Positions 37,901-46,300 of a DNA stretch of 64,000 nucleotides are shown here, piece by piece (positions within the stretch are counted from its first letter, which is position 1; each line of letters starts with the position of its first letter). The notes under the pieces were generated by a model, which did not search any database, was not told where the DNA came from, and saw only the letters and a program-made list of their open reading frames with translations. This DNA comes from an uncultured Desulfobacterales bacterium (lineage in GTDB: Bacteria > Desulfobacterota > Dissulfuribacteria > Dissulfuribacterales > QOAL01), in NCBI GenBank assembly GCA_964573805.1, contig CAZNKP010000024.1, positions 827-64,826 on the forward strand, in the 5' to 3' direction. Both the position numbers and the translations under genes were made by a program.

Positions 37901-39536
37901 TGGCATCACCCTTATCTCCCCGTCAAATCAGCATGATATTTATTCTATTGAAGATCTAGCCCAGATCATTACAGAACTCAAAACTGCCAATCCCTATGCC
38001 AAGGTTTCGGTAAAAATACCAGTTACCAGTGGTGTGGGAACCATTGCAGTAGGCATTGCCAAAGCAGGTGCAGACATTGTGAACCTAAGCGGTTTTGAAG
38101 GCGGAACAGGTGCAGCAAGAGAACACGCCAAACGGTATGTGGGGGTTCCGATCGAAGTTGGCGTGTCAGAGGCCCACAGGGCCCTTTGCGAGTCAAACCT
38201 CCGTGACAAGGTTGAGGTTTGGGCAGATGGAGGGCTTAGAAGCGGTGCCGATATAGTAAAGATGATTCTGCTTGGAGCCAACAGGGTCGGCATGGGGACA
38301 GTAGCCCTCATGGGAGTCGGCTGCATAAGCTGCCACAGGTGCCACCTTGATAAATGCCCTCGTGGAATATCCACTCAACTTCAGACCAAAGAGCAGGCAG
38401 AGGCAAGGGGTGTAAAGGGCTTTTCTCCAAGAAAGGTTGATATAGAAGCAGAAAACCTTGCAAGGCTGTTGAGAGCCCTTGGAGATGAGGTCCGCCAAAT
38501 ATTGGCAGACATGGGAGAAAAGAATCTCCAAGACCTGGTTGGCAGGACTGATCTGCTGCAACAATACAGATTTCAAGACAGGCTTGACGCATCAGGTGTC
38601 CTTGCCAAACCGGATCTATCAAACATTCCCGACAACTTTGATCAGGAAAAGAGCATGCGCCTTCCTCTCAACTACCTCACCAAGCTTATCAGTGACTTGA
38701 TAATTGATGAGTTTGAGCAAGGTAAAAAGGTAGTGAAGTTCAAGGAACAGGGAGTAAAAAGTACGGACAGGGCAATGGCAACATATCTCTCAGGAGAGAT
38801 TGTCAGGCGCTATGGCATCTCTACAGACAAAAAGGCCAAGATCAGGCTGACCTCATCTGTACCAGGTAATGGACTTTGCGCCTTCAACATCACAGCCGTT
38901 GATGCCAGCATTATAGGTGGAGCACAAGACGGCACTGTAAAAGGCAGTTACGGCGGTATAATCGGAGTATTTAAGGGAATAAACTACCTTGGCAACAGAG
39001 TAGATGGCTCCACAGGTAAAAGTTTCGCTTATGGTGCAATAAAAGGGACCTTTCTCATTCAAAATATGGCGGATTCCAGGGCCTGCATCCGCTTTTCAGG
39101 GGCCGATGTGGTCTTTGGCAGACGAATCACCGAGCCTGTTGATGATTCCAAGGGCAACATTGCCCACAGGGCATTTCTAAAGGGCTTTGCCTTTGAATAT
39201 ATGACAGGAGGAAGGGCAGTTGTTCTAGGGGACCCTGGACCTTGGATGTGTGCAGGAATGACGGGTGGGGTCATATATCAGTGTCTTTATCCGGAGTACA
39301 ACTTTGATGTCTCTTCTATTAAAAGACGCCTGGCAAGGGGTGCGATAGTAAAGGTGGAAAAACTTACTGATGAAGGCGTAAAAGACATCAGAGAGCTGCT
39401 TGGACTTTACATTGAGGAGCTTCGTTCAACCTTTCAGATGGAAGAGGCAGAGGCAGTAGAAAAAATTATGAATAACGCAAAAGAGCGTTTTATAATGATA
39501 GTGCCCAAAAGCTTCAGGCCAAAATCTGCTGGCTAA
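34977..39536 (+). CDS. gltB: Glutamate synthase large subunit (GltB-type)
   Basis: Class-II amidotransferase N-terminus with Cys after a short propeptide (EKDA/CAIIAF). Also a central domain, an FMN domain (ISPSNQHDIYSIEDLAQ), a 3Fe-4S Cys cluster (GCISCHRCHLDKCPRGI) and a C-terminal GXGXG domain. AAGGAG RBS before the ATG at 34977. Confidence 0.9.
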   Translation: METYNNPREKDACAIIAFVDKRGRSTHANIAKTIEALQKMGHRSGDIDGEGDGCGILCDIPRKIWAKRLEKDGLSRHLADSRSFFVGHFLLPCSIVKDEKSVLEKIRQIFKKESIKLLLEVKGNTRNYELGPRALAEAPLFWQVAGMLEFSTIQEAQKSLFMIQMEIEKEIPEIHIASLSPDSVVYKLRGTPDLLPRVFPELMDKNLTSIISLGHSRYSTNTLPTMERAQPFSVLCHNGEINTIERLRSTGRILGIEPVPGGSDSQDLNRIIEGLINMYQLDPMEALEMVFPAIHSEVEYYEKDLQKVFDFYRWFFPSSAQGPAAVVARYANICMGSVDALGLRPLWFGESDYEYFLSSEKGVVDIKNTMTDPIPLAPGEKIAIEANLGQKAKVYRHTQFQERLKELMHQRRTKLALLDGLVRSDSVKVKDSASLDSLGLKLKSPHKKYKEINLLGAFGWQKYDMDLRKRVALEGIDIIGSMGHTGPLAALMPEALPNCSEFFKENVAVVTNPAIDREREAEHFTTRVILGDKPCLLVEQDKAPTGLEILCPLLLDYQSLEDILDKGKINGLARNHGSVVLEDILSYFSGNGLDPSRVKMLSCVFTPAKELKSQLEAMCKEATDAVKNGAVIVLLDDSNAFVQDECFIDPALAVAYLNQKLEEKHLRRRCSVIVRSGAIRNLHDIMFLLGMGADALNPYKLWQTVTSFANDKVDKPKTISNTIDVFQKGMEKVMSTMGIHELCGYGRIFAGIGVTEEFEKIFKVPCFCKSKDVGLGFHLMEKLGMERIKRALEAEEIPLYGEPNRNAKVGRILRQTAEGKKGYLEMAKGLAKIDEQMPIGIRHLLKPVFPEEEKRLTMDQVDISIGYHDMPIVIAAMSFGSQGENSFRSYAEAAKKVNIICMNGEGGEIPDMLGKYRKNRGQQIASGRFGVYMELLNSADYLEIKIGQGAKPGEGGHLPGQKVSEQVAKARHCKPGITLISPSNQHDIYSIEDLAQIITELKTANPYAKVSVKIPVTSGVGTIAVGIAKAGADIVNLSGFEGGTGAAREHAKRYVGVPIEVGVSEAHRALCESNLRDKVEVWADGGLRSGADIVKMILLGANRVGMGTVALMGVGCISCHRCHLDKCPRGISTQLQTKEQAEARGVKGFSPRKVDIEAENLARLLRALGDEVRQILADMGEKNLQDLVGRTDLLQQYRFQDRLDASGVLAKPDLSNIPDNFDQEKSMRLPLNYLTKLISDLIIDEFEQGKKVVKFKEQGVKSTDRAMATYLSGEIVRRYGISTDKKAKIRLTSSVPGNGLCAFNITAVDASIIGGAQDGTVKGSYGGIIGVFKGINYLGNRVDGSTGKSFAYGAIKGTFLIQNMADSRACIRFSGADVVFGRRITEPVDDSKGNIAHRAFLKGFAFEYMTGGRAVVLGDPGPWMCAGMTGGVIYQCLYPEYNFDVSSIKRRLARGAIVKVEKLTDEGVKDIRELLGLYIEELRSTFQMEEAEAVEKIMNNAKERFIMIVPKSFRPKSAG

Positions 39537-39859
39537 CGCATGGGTCAGTTGCCACCATTCCGTTGGCCCCTTGGCGGCAACTGACCCCACTTGTTATCCC
39601 CCATTTTTGAATTTTAATTAATTTTTCCAATAAGATATCCTCTACATTTCTCCTGGAATCAATAATTGCCATTACATGCGCATTTCTTTCATGCACTCTA
39701 TACATTACCCTCCAGGGAGAAATTATTAATTCACAGTACACAAAAATACCTTGTTCCTGTAACTCGGGGATATAACGACCACGTTGGGGTGAATAGCTCA
39801 ATGCTTTCGAGATCAGAGACAGCAGACCTGGTCCAAGCTACCCTGTATTCCTCATCCAT
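39514..39859 (-). pseudogene. Degraded RelE/ParE-family toxin gene
   Basis: N-terminal MDEEYRVAWTRSAVSDLESI (ATG at 39859) is in one frame. The C-terminal core PQRGRYIPEL...WRVMYRVHERNAHVMAIIDSRRN is in another. The segment normally between them appears to be missing. Confidence 0.6.
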
Positions 39860-40103
39860 CGGACACTACAATTTGTCTTGAGCTTTTTTAAGACCGCATC
39901 ATCTGGAATTACGTCACCTGTTTTTATTTCTTCTTCTGAAATGGCAAAAATTTTTAACAACCCAATAGCATTTCTCATTTTTTCATAACCTTATGAATCT
40001 TGCAGTACTGCTCGCGGCTCACCATTTTGAGTAATAATTACAGGCCGACGTGTCTCATTTACTTGTTTTGGCAGATCAGCTGCTTTTGCCTTCAGGCCAA
40101 CAT
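39838..40103 (-). pseudogene. Degraded Phd/YefM-family antitoxin gene
   Basis: Reads ...LKAKAADLPKQVNETRRPVIITQNGEPRAVLQDS*GYEKMRNAIGLLKIFAISEEEIKTGDVIPDDAVLKKLK, with an in-frame TAA at 39991-39993. The only nearby ATG (40103) is out of frame. Confidence 0.6.
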
Positions 40104-40122
40104 AAAAATTCCCCCAAAAACT

Positions 40123-40154
40123 AAAAAAGGGGGGCCATATGTCCCCCCCTTTTT
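40123..40154. terminator. Bidirectional hairpin terminator downstream of the MCP gene
   Basis: AAAAAA-GGGGGG-CCATATGT-CCCCCC(C)-TTTTT. A G6/C6 stem flanked by an A-run and a T-run. Confidence 0.7.
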
Positions 40155-40180
40155 GTCTTTTATTCTAAGGAGATGGCGGT

Positions 40181-41725
40181 TTAAGCGGTCTTAAAACTCC
40201 TCATCATCTCTTCTAGACTGTTTGCAAGGGAATTTAACTTCTTAGAATAGTTGGCAGTCTCTTCAGCAACAGACTTGACCGACCCTGCAAGGTCTGCAGT
40301 ACTTGTGCTTTTCTCCTTTACACCCCTAACCTCTGTCTCTGCCTCTTCCATATTCACGCTGATCTCAGACACTGTTGCTGTCTGTTCCTCTGCAGCAGAG
40401 GCAATTGTATTTGCAAGATCGTTAATCTGACCAACAATATTTGTAATCTCTTCAACTGATGTAACAGCCACCCCTGTCTCTGCCTGAATAGCCTGAATCA
40501 TGTTGGTAATCTCGTCGGTTGCCTCGCTTGTCTGCCTTGCGAGTTCTTTTATCTCGTTAGCGACAACAGCAAACCCCTTACCCGCCTCTCCTGCCCTTGC
40601 TGCCTCTATAGTGGCATTAAGGGCAAGCAGATTGGTCTGTTCTGCAATGGTGTTGATTACCTGGATGATACTTCCTATCTTGTCCGAACTCTCTCCTAAG
40701 CGCTGGATAACTTCGTTTGCCTTGTATGCCTTATCCTGGGCATCATTGGTAATTGCTGCAGTATGGGCGACACTTTGGGCAATTTCTGTAGTTGCCTCGG
40801 TAAGCTCTTGCGAGGCCCTGGTAACAGACATGATCCTGTCATCAACCGACTCAGCGGCCTGCACCACCTCATTTACTATTTCATCCATAGAAGTGGCCCT
40901 GTCAAAGACAGTATGACTTATCTGATCAAGCTTTTCTGACGAGCCCTTAATTTCTATAGAATCCTTTTGGATCTTCTTTACCATCCTGTTTAGTTTTTCA
41001 GCCATGCCATTTAGGGCATCGCCAAGTTCCTTTAACTCACCTTTTACCTTGATATTTACCCTTGCCTTCAGATCCCCCATTGCTATGCTTTCTATCATTG
41101 GGAAGAGTCTGCTAAGGGGACGGAGCACCTGTACATGTATGAACCATACAGAGAAACAGAAGATAACAACTCCGGCTATCAAGAGGGCGATCTCAATCTC
41201 TTTTAGCTGTTTAATAGACTCCATGGCCATCTTTTTATAGGCTTGGGTGACAACATTCGCCTGTTTTAAAAGGGGAATATTGTACTTAGATAAATAATCC
41301 AAGGCCCTTTTACCTGCATTAGAATCTATTTCGGACGTAGCAACCTGCTCTACCCTGCTCTTAAATTCGTTCCACAGGGAGGCAAGCCTATCCAGCTCTA
41401 CAACCACCTTTTCGTTAATGGTGGGATCCATGCCGAGATCAGTGCTACCGTTTTTGAGTATCATGAGGCTCTTTTGAAACAAGGCTTCGGTCTTTGACAA
41501 GGCCTCCTGCCACTTCTTATCCTTGGTTAGGGCAAAGAGATAGGCCTCTTTAGTCATCTTTTGAGTTAGCATCCGCTGGCGGCCTGCCATGTCTATGTAC
41601 ATACTATCTTTTTCCTGTTTGGAAAGCTTGTAAAAAGTAGCAACCACGGTGATAACATTAATCAACAACAGGGAGACCATCACCAAGACTATCTTCCCTT
41701 GGATACTGCCAAAAGAGAATTTCAT
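40181..41725 (-). CDS. Methyl-accepting chemotaxis protein (PilJ/NarX-type N-terminal sensor, HAMP, MA domain)
   Basis: [13 protein letters not shown] box, a HAMP region, and the conserved signalling hairpin [35 protein letters not shown]. Confidence 0.9.
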   Translation of the reverse strand: MKFSFGSIQGKIVLVMVSLLLINVITVVATFYKLSKQEKDSMYIDMAGRQRMLTQKMTKEAYLFALTKDKKWQEALSKTEALFQKSLMILKNGSTDLGMDPTINEKVVVELDRLASLWNEFKSRVEQVATSEIDSNAGKRALDYLSKYNIPLLKQANVVTQAYKKMAMESIKQLKEIEIALLIAGVVIFCFSVWFIHVQVLRPLSRLFPMIESIAMGDLKARVNIKVKGELKELGDALNGMAEKLNRMVKKIQKDSIEIKGSSEKLDQISHTVFDRATSMDEIVNEVVQAAESVDDRIMSVTRASQELTEATTEIAQSVAHTAAITNDAQDKAYKANEVIQRLGESSDKIGSIIQVINTIAEQTNLLALNATIEAARAGEAGKGFAVVANEIKELARQTSEATDEITNMIQAIQAETGVAVTSVEEITNIVGQINDLANTIASAAEEQTATVSEISVNMEEAETEVRGVKEKSTSTADLAGSVKSVAEETANYSKKLNSLANSLEEMMRSFKTA

Positions 41726-41938
41726 TGCATTCCTCCTGCTTTTTTAAATTGGCTTGGTCATTATCCTTATCGACTGCAAGAGAAAAAGATTAAAGGCCTT
41801 TTTTGAAAAAACATGCATTATTCCTGCAAACCTTAAAACAAAACGGCTAAAAATATACAATTGAACAATTCGCAACTCAATTTTCTTTTACTGTGTGACT
41901 TTTTTCCCTTGACAACATACGGTGAAATATAATATCTG

Positions 41939-41956
41939 AATGAATACGCATTCATT
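41939..41956. promoter_or_regulatory. Inverted repeat AATGAAT-N4-ATTCATT upstream of the TetR gene (candidate operator)
   Basis: 7-bp perfect arms at 41939-41945 and 41950-41956, just downstream of TTGACA (41909-41914) and a TATAAT/TAATAT-like box (41928-41935). Confidence 0.4.
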
Positions 41957-42045
41957 TGTTAAGCAATCAGAAATGTTGATTAAACGGCTTTGGAGGTCTC
42001 ACTGCCTCCATTCCTAATTAATCTTTCAACGAGGAAAAATACCTT

Positions 42046-42693
42046 ATGAAGGTGGCAGATAAACATGGCCGTATAATTCAGGCCGCAATAAAGGTGTTTG
42101 CAAGAAACGGCTTTTTCAATTCTAGGATTGCAGAGATAGCAAAAGAGGCCCATGTTGCCGATGGAACCATCTACCTCTACTTTAACAACAAGTATGATAT
42201 ACTCATAACCATATTTGAGGAAGAGATGGGTAAGATCATTGCCAGCGTCAAACAGGAACTCGCCAAAATAGACAATCCCTGTGAAAAACTGGAGGCCTTT
42301 GCCTTTCAGCATCTAAGCCTGGTAGAGAAGAATAAAGACCTTGCAGAGATAATTCAGGTTGAACTTCGCCAGAGCAGCAAGTTTATGAAGGAGTACCGGA
42401 ATAGAAAGTTTGCCGAGTATCTCCAGATAATATCTAATATTGTAAAAGAAGGGCAAGAAAAAGGGTTATTTCGGCAAGATGTTATGCCTGGCATATTCAA
42501 AAGGGCCTTTTTTGGAGCACTTGACGAGATGTCTCGATTTTGGGTCCTTTCACCTAAGAAAAAATATGGAGTAAGGACTGCAGCGAAACAAATAAGTCAC
42601 TTTTTTCTAAATGGCATTCTTGCAGGCCCTTGCCCAGCCCTGTCCAAAACAAAAAAAAACAAGGCCAAAAGAAAAAGGACCAGTCATAAGTAA
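42046..42693 (+). CDS. TetR/AcrR-family transcriptional regulator
   Basis: N-terminal HTH (AAIKVFARNGFFNSRIAEIAKEAHVADGTIYLYFNNK). Lys-rich C-terminal tail. Confidence 0.85.
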   Translation: MKVADKHGRIIQAAIKVFARNGFFNSRIAEIAKEAHVADGTIYLYFNNKYDILITIFEEEMGKIIASVKQELAKIDNPCEKLEAFAFQHLSLVEKNKDLAEIIQVELRQSSKFMKEYRNRKFAEYLQIISNIVKEGQEKGLFRQDVMPGIFKRAFFGALDEMSRFWVLSPKKKYGVRTAAKQISHFFLNGILAGPCPALSKTKKNKAKRKRTSHK

Positions 42694-42717
42694 CCTTTAC
42701 TTGCATCTAGCTTTCTT

Positions 42718-43647
42718 ATGAGCCAATTCCTTGAATTACTCAAAGATTACAGGGATTTTATTCCTGATTTTCAACATCTACTTGAACACCTTAAAAAACC
42801 ATTTCCTGTATATTTCAGGTTCAACACCATCAAAATCGACCTATTAGAGGCACGGGGCTTTTTACAAAAGGAGAAGGTCAAATTTCAAGACACAGCAATT
42901 CCTGAACTTGTCAAGATCTTATCATACCGGCATGAAAGGCCTCTTTTGAGCTATCATCTCGGTTATATATATCCTCAGGCCCTGTCATCCTGTCTACCTG
43001 TCTTGGCACTTGGCCCTAAGCCTGGAGAATGGATACTAGATCTGTGTGCTGCACCTGGAGGCAAGGCCACCTATATCGCACAACAGATGGAAGACAAAGG
43101 ATTCTTAGTTGCCAACGACAGAAAAAGAAATCGCATAACTTCCCTCCTTTCAAATATAAAAAGGCTTGGAATCACAAATACCCTTGTGACCCAAGGAAGA
43201 GGAGAACACCTAAGCCTACCCTATTCTTTTGACAAAATATTAGTAGACGCTCCTTGCAGCGGCCAAGGACGATACAGATTGGATCCCAAAACTGGACATA
43301 TAAAGCATGTTGTCAAGGGTAAAACAAATTTACCTGCCATACAAAAGGCCTTGATAAAAAGGGCCTATGACCTACTCAGGCCAGGTGGCATCTTGGTCTA
43401 TTCAACATGCACTCTAAACGTTGAGGAAAACGAAGAAGTAATACAGTTTCTGTTAGAAAGGAGAAGGGGACGTTTGATCCAATTTCAACTTCCAGTGGAA
43501 TCATCTCCAGGTATTACCAGCTTTAAAGGGAAAAAATATGACAGACAAATCCAGTTTGCAAGACGTCTTTACCCCCATAAGATCGACTCGGTGGGATTCT
43601 TCATTGCCAAGGCTGTTAAACCAGGCCCAGAGAACGGTCCTGCTTGA
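42718..43647 (+). CDS. NOL1/NOP2/Sun-family RNA m5C methyltransferase, catalytic part (RsmF/RsmB-like)
   Basis: SAM motif DLCAAPGGKATYIA, catalytic DAPCSGQG and YSTCT, terminal GFFIAK block. Confidence 0.8.
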   Translation: MSQFLELLKDYRDFIPDFQHLLEHLKKPFPVYFRFNTIKIDLLEARGFLQKEKVKFQDTAIPELVKILSYRHERPLLSYHLGYIYPQALSSCLPVLALGPKPGEWILDLCAAPGGKATYIAQQMEDKGFLVANDRKRNRITSLLSNIKRLGITNTLVTQGRGEHLSLPYSFDKILVDAPCSGQGRYRLDPKTGHIKHVVKGKTNLPAIQKALIKRAYDLLRPGGILVYSTCTLNVEENEEVIQFLLERRRGRLIQFQLPVESSPGITSFKGKKYDRQIQFARRLYPHKIDSVGFFIAKAVKPGPENGPA

Positions 43648-44086
43648 ATTTTTATGGACAAGATTCCGTATATCCTATAATAGCCTAGAACCATTTGACA
43701 TGTTCGCCTTTTCCAGACAGGTCTTTCTCTTTAGCAAACAAAACAAGGCCATTAAATGGCCTGAAGGCGCCTTTGTCAGATGCGGACTTCCCTTCTTGCG
43801 AAATGTAGCCGGCTATCTAAAGCCAACAACGGTCTTTATCCAACGTTTTGGCCATCTGGCAGCCAAAAATGTGCTAAATTTGACTATGGAGGATACGATA
43901 AGGTTTTGCAAAGAAGGGGAGCTGGTTGTTGATCCTGCATCCAAAGGCCTTGAGCTGCCAGGATATGTAATGGTCAAGGTGGAAGGGCACTTTTTAGGGG
44001 CCGGCCTGCTTTTAGAAAAAAACAGATTACTATGCCGACTTCCAAAGGCAATCCGGCAGGCACTCTCAAAGGCTACTCCCTGGTAA
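43538..44086 (+). CDS. RsmF-type C-terminal module (CI + PUA-like domains) in a separate frame; true start uncertain
   Basis: The C-terminal PGYVMVKVEGHFLGAGLLLEKNRLLCRLPKAIR resembles the RsmF PUA-like domain. This frame is open back to 43538 and overlaps the methyltransferase ORF by 110 nt. The first non-overlapping ATG is at 43700. Confidence 0.55.
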   Translation: MTDKSSLQDVFTPIRSTRWDSSLPRLLNQAQRTVLLEFLWTRFRISYNSLEPFDMFAFSRQVFLFSKQNKAIKWPEGAFVRCGLPFLRNVAGYLKPTTVFIQRFGHLAAKNVLNLTMEDTIRFCKEGELVVDPASKGLELPGYVMVKVEGHFLGAGLLLEKNRLLCRLPKAIRQALSKATPW

Positions 44087-44852
44087 TAGTCTCTGCAAGC
44101 CTTTCAGCACAAAAAATAAGGGATTCAATATCTAGGAAATCAAGGGCCCTTTTATCAAAAAGCGCCTTAACCTCGGCAGGGAGGCCATCGTCAGGATCTT
44201 CATCCCAAAAATTAAGCCTGACCGGCACCTTTGGCAGCACTGGAACGATTACACAGACATCAGCCGGACATTGAGACACCTCATCACCTCCAAGCCCTAT
44301 ACAACTTGCAAGGAACTTTTGGGGCATCCCTGCAAAGTTTCTGGCTATCTTTTCCTCGGTATAACGTTTTAATGTTACAACCTTTGAAATAGAATTTGGA
44401 AACGATTCAAGCCCTACCCACTTGCCACTTAACTCTCCCTTGCCCCCAAAGAAAAGATAGTTATAGAGAAGTATCTGATCCCTTGTCTCTAACTCTGTAC
44501 CATCCTCAAAAAATACAGTTTCAGGGCTGATAAATATATCCTTACCAAGATATCTGAAACAGATAGCCGGGCCTTTTGCGATCTTAACAACCTGCCCACC
44601 AAGTCCATCGGCCCTTTCTTTCAAATCGAGCCCTCTTACCTTTGTCTTCAAATCCTTCACAAGGGCCGTTTCTGGATCCTCTTTCAACACAATTTCGGAA
44701 GAGGTGTCCTCATGATCCTCAATATAAGGACAAGACGTCTTTGAGACCCCTCCAGTATGAACCGCTGCTGCAAAGGCCAGACACGTAGGATAACCACATT
44801 TTCCGCAGTTGTTCTTTTTGGTCTGCTTCAGTATGTCAAAAATACCTTCCAT
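44073..44852 (-). CDS. Putative Fe-S cluster domain + DUF3786-type protein
   Basis: N-terminal CGKCGYPTCLAFAAAV...CPY matches the RnfB-like putative Fe-S domain. The remainder resembles DUF3786 proteins as I remember them. Confidence 0.6.
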   Translation of the reverse strand: MEGIFDILKQTKKNNCGKCGYPTCLAFAAAVHTGGVSKTSCPYIEDHEDTSSEIVLKEDPETALVKDLKTKVRGLDLKERADGLGGQVVKIAKGPAICFRYLGKDIFISPETVFFEDGTELETRDQILLYNYLFFGGKGELSGKWVGLESFPNSISKVVTLKRYTEEKIARNFAGMPQKFLASCIGLGGDEVSQCPADVCVIVPVLPKVPVRLNFWDEDPDDGLPAEVKALFDKRALDFLDIESLIFCAERLAETITRE

Positions 44853-44907
44853 TTGAAGAGAATTAAAATTTACAAAATATTTTTATAAAGCTTAGCAATA
44901 GAAATCT

Positions 44908-45423
44908 TTAACGTTTATTATGCAAGCCTGGATATTTTGATCCTCTATTGTATTGATAGTTGCTCTTGATCCAGGCGCTTCCCATAAACTTGATGTTTTT
45001 TATACCATTACATTCGAGTTCCTTTTCCAGCTCCGGCGTCATGGACGTAAAACTTGTTATGTCACCATTATCTCTAGTAATAGTTACAAACACCCTCTGA
45101 TTTACATATGGATAAAAATGTATCCTACCCCCTATTATTAACTGATGTTGACTAGCGTCAAAAGAAGTGCAAAAGCCTGTAAACTCATCAGGCACACCTT
45201 TGGTAAAGGCTTTCTCTAAGCGAAAACGGACTCTCTTTGTCATAAAATGCTCTGAATTGCCGACGATCTCGACTTTGGTCACTGTGGCTATAGCCTGAAT
45301 AGCAGACTGCCGAGCCCTCTGGTCATAATAGTCAGCCCCTAAAACAGCCCAAGAAACAACCGCGTTTAAGGCATAGGTTCCAAAAGACAGAAGAAAAAAC
45401 AACAAGTGATATAATCTCTTCAT
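44908..45423 (-). CDS. Hypothetical exported/membrane-anchored protein
   Basis: MKRLYHLLFFLLSFGTYALNAVVSWAVLG leader. AGAGGGGGTG RBS before the ATG at 45423, which was preferred to the ORF-track start overlapping the rhomboid gene. Confidence 0.55.
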   Translation of the reverse strand: MKRLYHLLFFLLSFGTYALNAVVSWAVLGADYYDQRARQSAIQAIATVTKVEIVGNSEHFMTKRVRFRLEKAFTKGVPDEFTGFCTSFDASQHQLIIGGRIHFYPYVNQRVFVTITRDNGDITSFTSMTPELEKELECNGIKNIKFMGSAWIKSNYQYNRGSKYPGLHNKR

Positions 45424-45449
45424 AGGACACCCCCTCTTATAGGCAAAAA

Positions 45450-46286
45450 TCAGTGCCTTCCTTGAAAGGACAATGCCAAAACAAATAAAAGACCCGATAA
45501 CAGTCCAGAGATAAATCCCCAAAAATGTGCCAATATATCTATATTGCCCTCACCTGTACCAAGTAAACCCAAAAGAGCAAGGCCAGACAAGAAGACTTTA
45601 AAGGCCTCCCTTACACCATTAATCCTCTGCCTCCATATCTTTATAGAACAGTAGGCCCCTATAGCTGCAAAAATTGATGTGGACAGCCCAATAGACACAT
45701 GATCGTACTGAAAGGTTAAGGCATTAAGATAATTCCCAATGGCACCTGATAGCAAAACCGTAATCCAGCCAATTAAGACCCCAGTTTCTTCAAATAACAC
45801 GCTGAAAAACACAGCAGCCATAAACATATTACTAAAAAAATGGGCAGGATCTGAATGTAGAAAAAGGGCAGTGAAACAACGCCAAGGTTCTCCATTCAGG
45901 ATCTTTTCAGTATCTGCAGAAAAATTTTTTAGAAGATAGTCCCTGACTTCGTATCTAAACGTTATAGACATAAGACATGCAAAAAAAACCAGGGTCAAGA
46001 GGCTTTTTTTCAAATAGATAAAAGGCTTGGGGGGCTGGCCTGGTGAGATTTGCTGAAAATAGTGAATGTTTTCTTTGATAAACAGTTCAATCTCTTTTTC
46101 AGCAATATCAAGAAGGTCTTCTTTTACCCAAAGAACATATCTTCCCTGGTTGGTGCTTTCCCTGTTATCCTTCAACTCATGAGGAATCCCCCTTGCTGTT
46201 AAAACTAGGGAAAAAAGACGTGCTTTCTCAGGGCTATCTAGATAAAGAAAGGGCTCCATAGAAAGGCCCTGGGGTTCCAGGGCCAT
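45450..46286 (-). CDS. Rhomboid-family intramembrane serine protease with an N-terminal cytoplasmic domain
   Basis: WRCFTALFLHSDPAHFFSNM (the H..H..N region) and the GxSxxxF catalytic Ser block GLSTSIFAAIGAY, followed by a later His (ILAHFWGF). Confidence 0.8.
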   Translation of the reverse strand: MALEPQGLSMEPFLYLDSPEKARLFSLVLTARGIPHELKDNRESTNQGRYVLWVKEDLLDIAEKEIELFIKENIHYFQQISPGQPPKPFIYLKKSLLTLVFFACLMSITFRYEVRDYLLKNFSADTEKILNGEPWRCFTALFLHSDPAHFFSNMFMAAVFFSVLFEETGVLIGWITVLLSGAIGNYLNALTFQYDHVSIGLSTSIFAAIGAYCSIKIWRQRINGVREAFKVFLSGLALLGLLGTGEGNIDILAHFWGFISGLLSGLLFVLALSFQGRH

Positions 46287-46300
46287 GCTTATTCTTTTTA

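Noticed and set aside
40500-40916. 138-aa ORF antisense to the MCP signalling domain. Similar antisense or off-frame ORFs occur at 3097-3507, 14939-15355, 27524-27946, 31191-31685, 34478-34894, 55132-55596, 56939-57475 and 57762-58211.
   Set aside because: All lie fully inside well-supported genes, lack RBS and motifs, and have the low-complexity composition typical of shadow ORFs.
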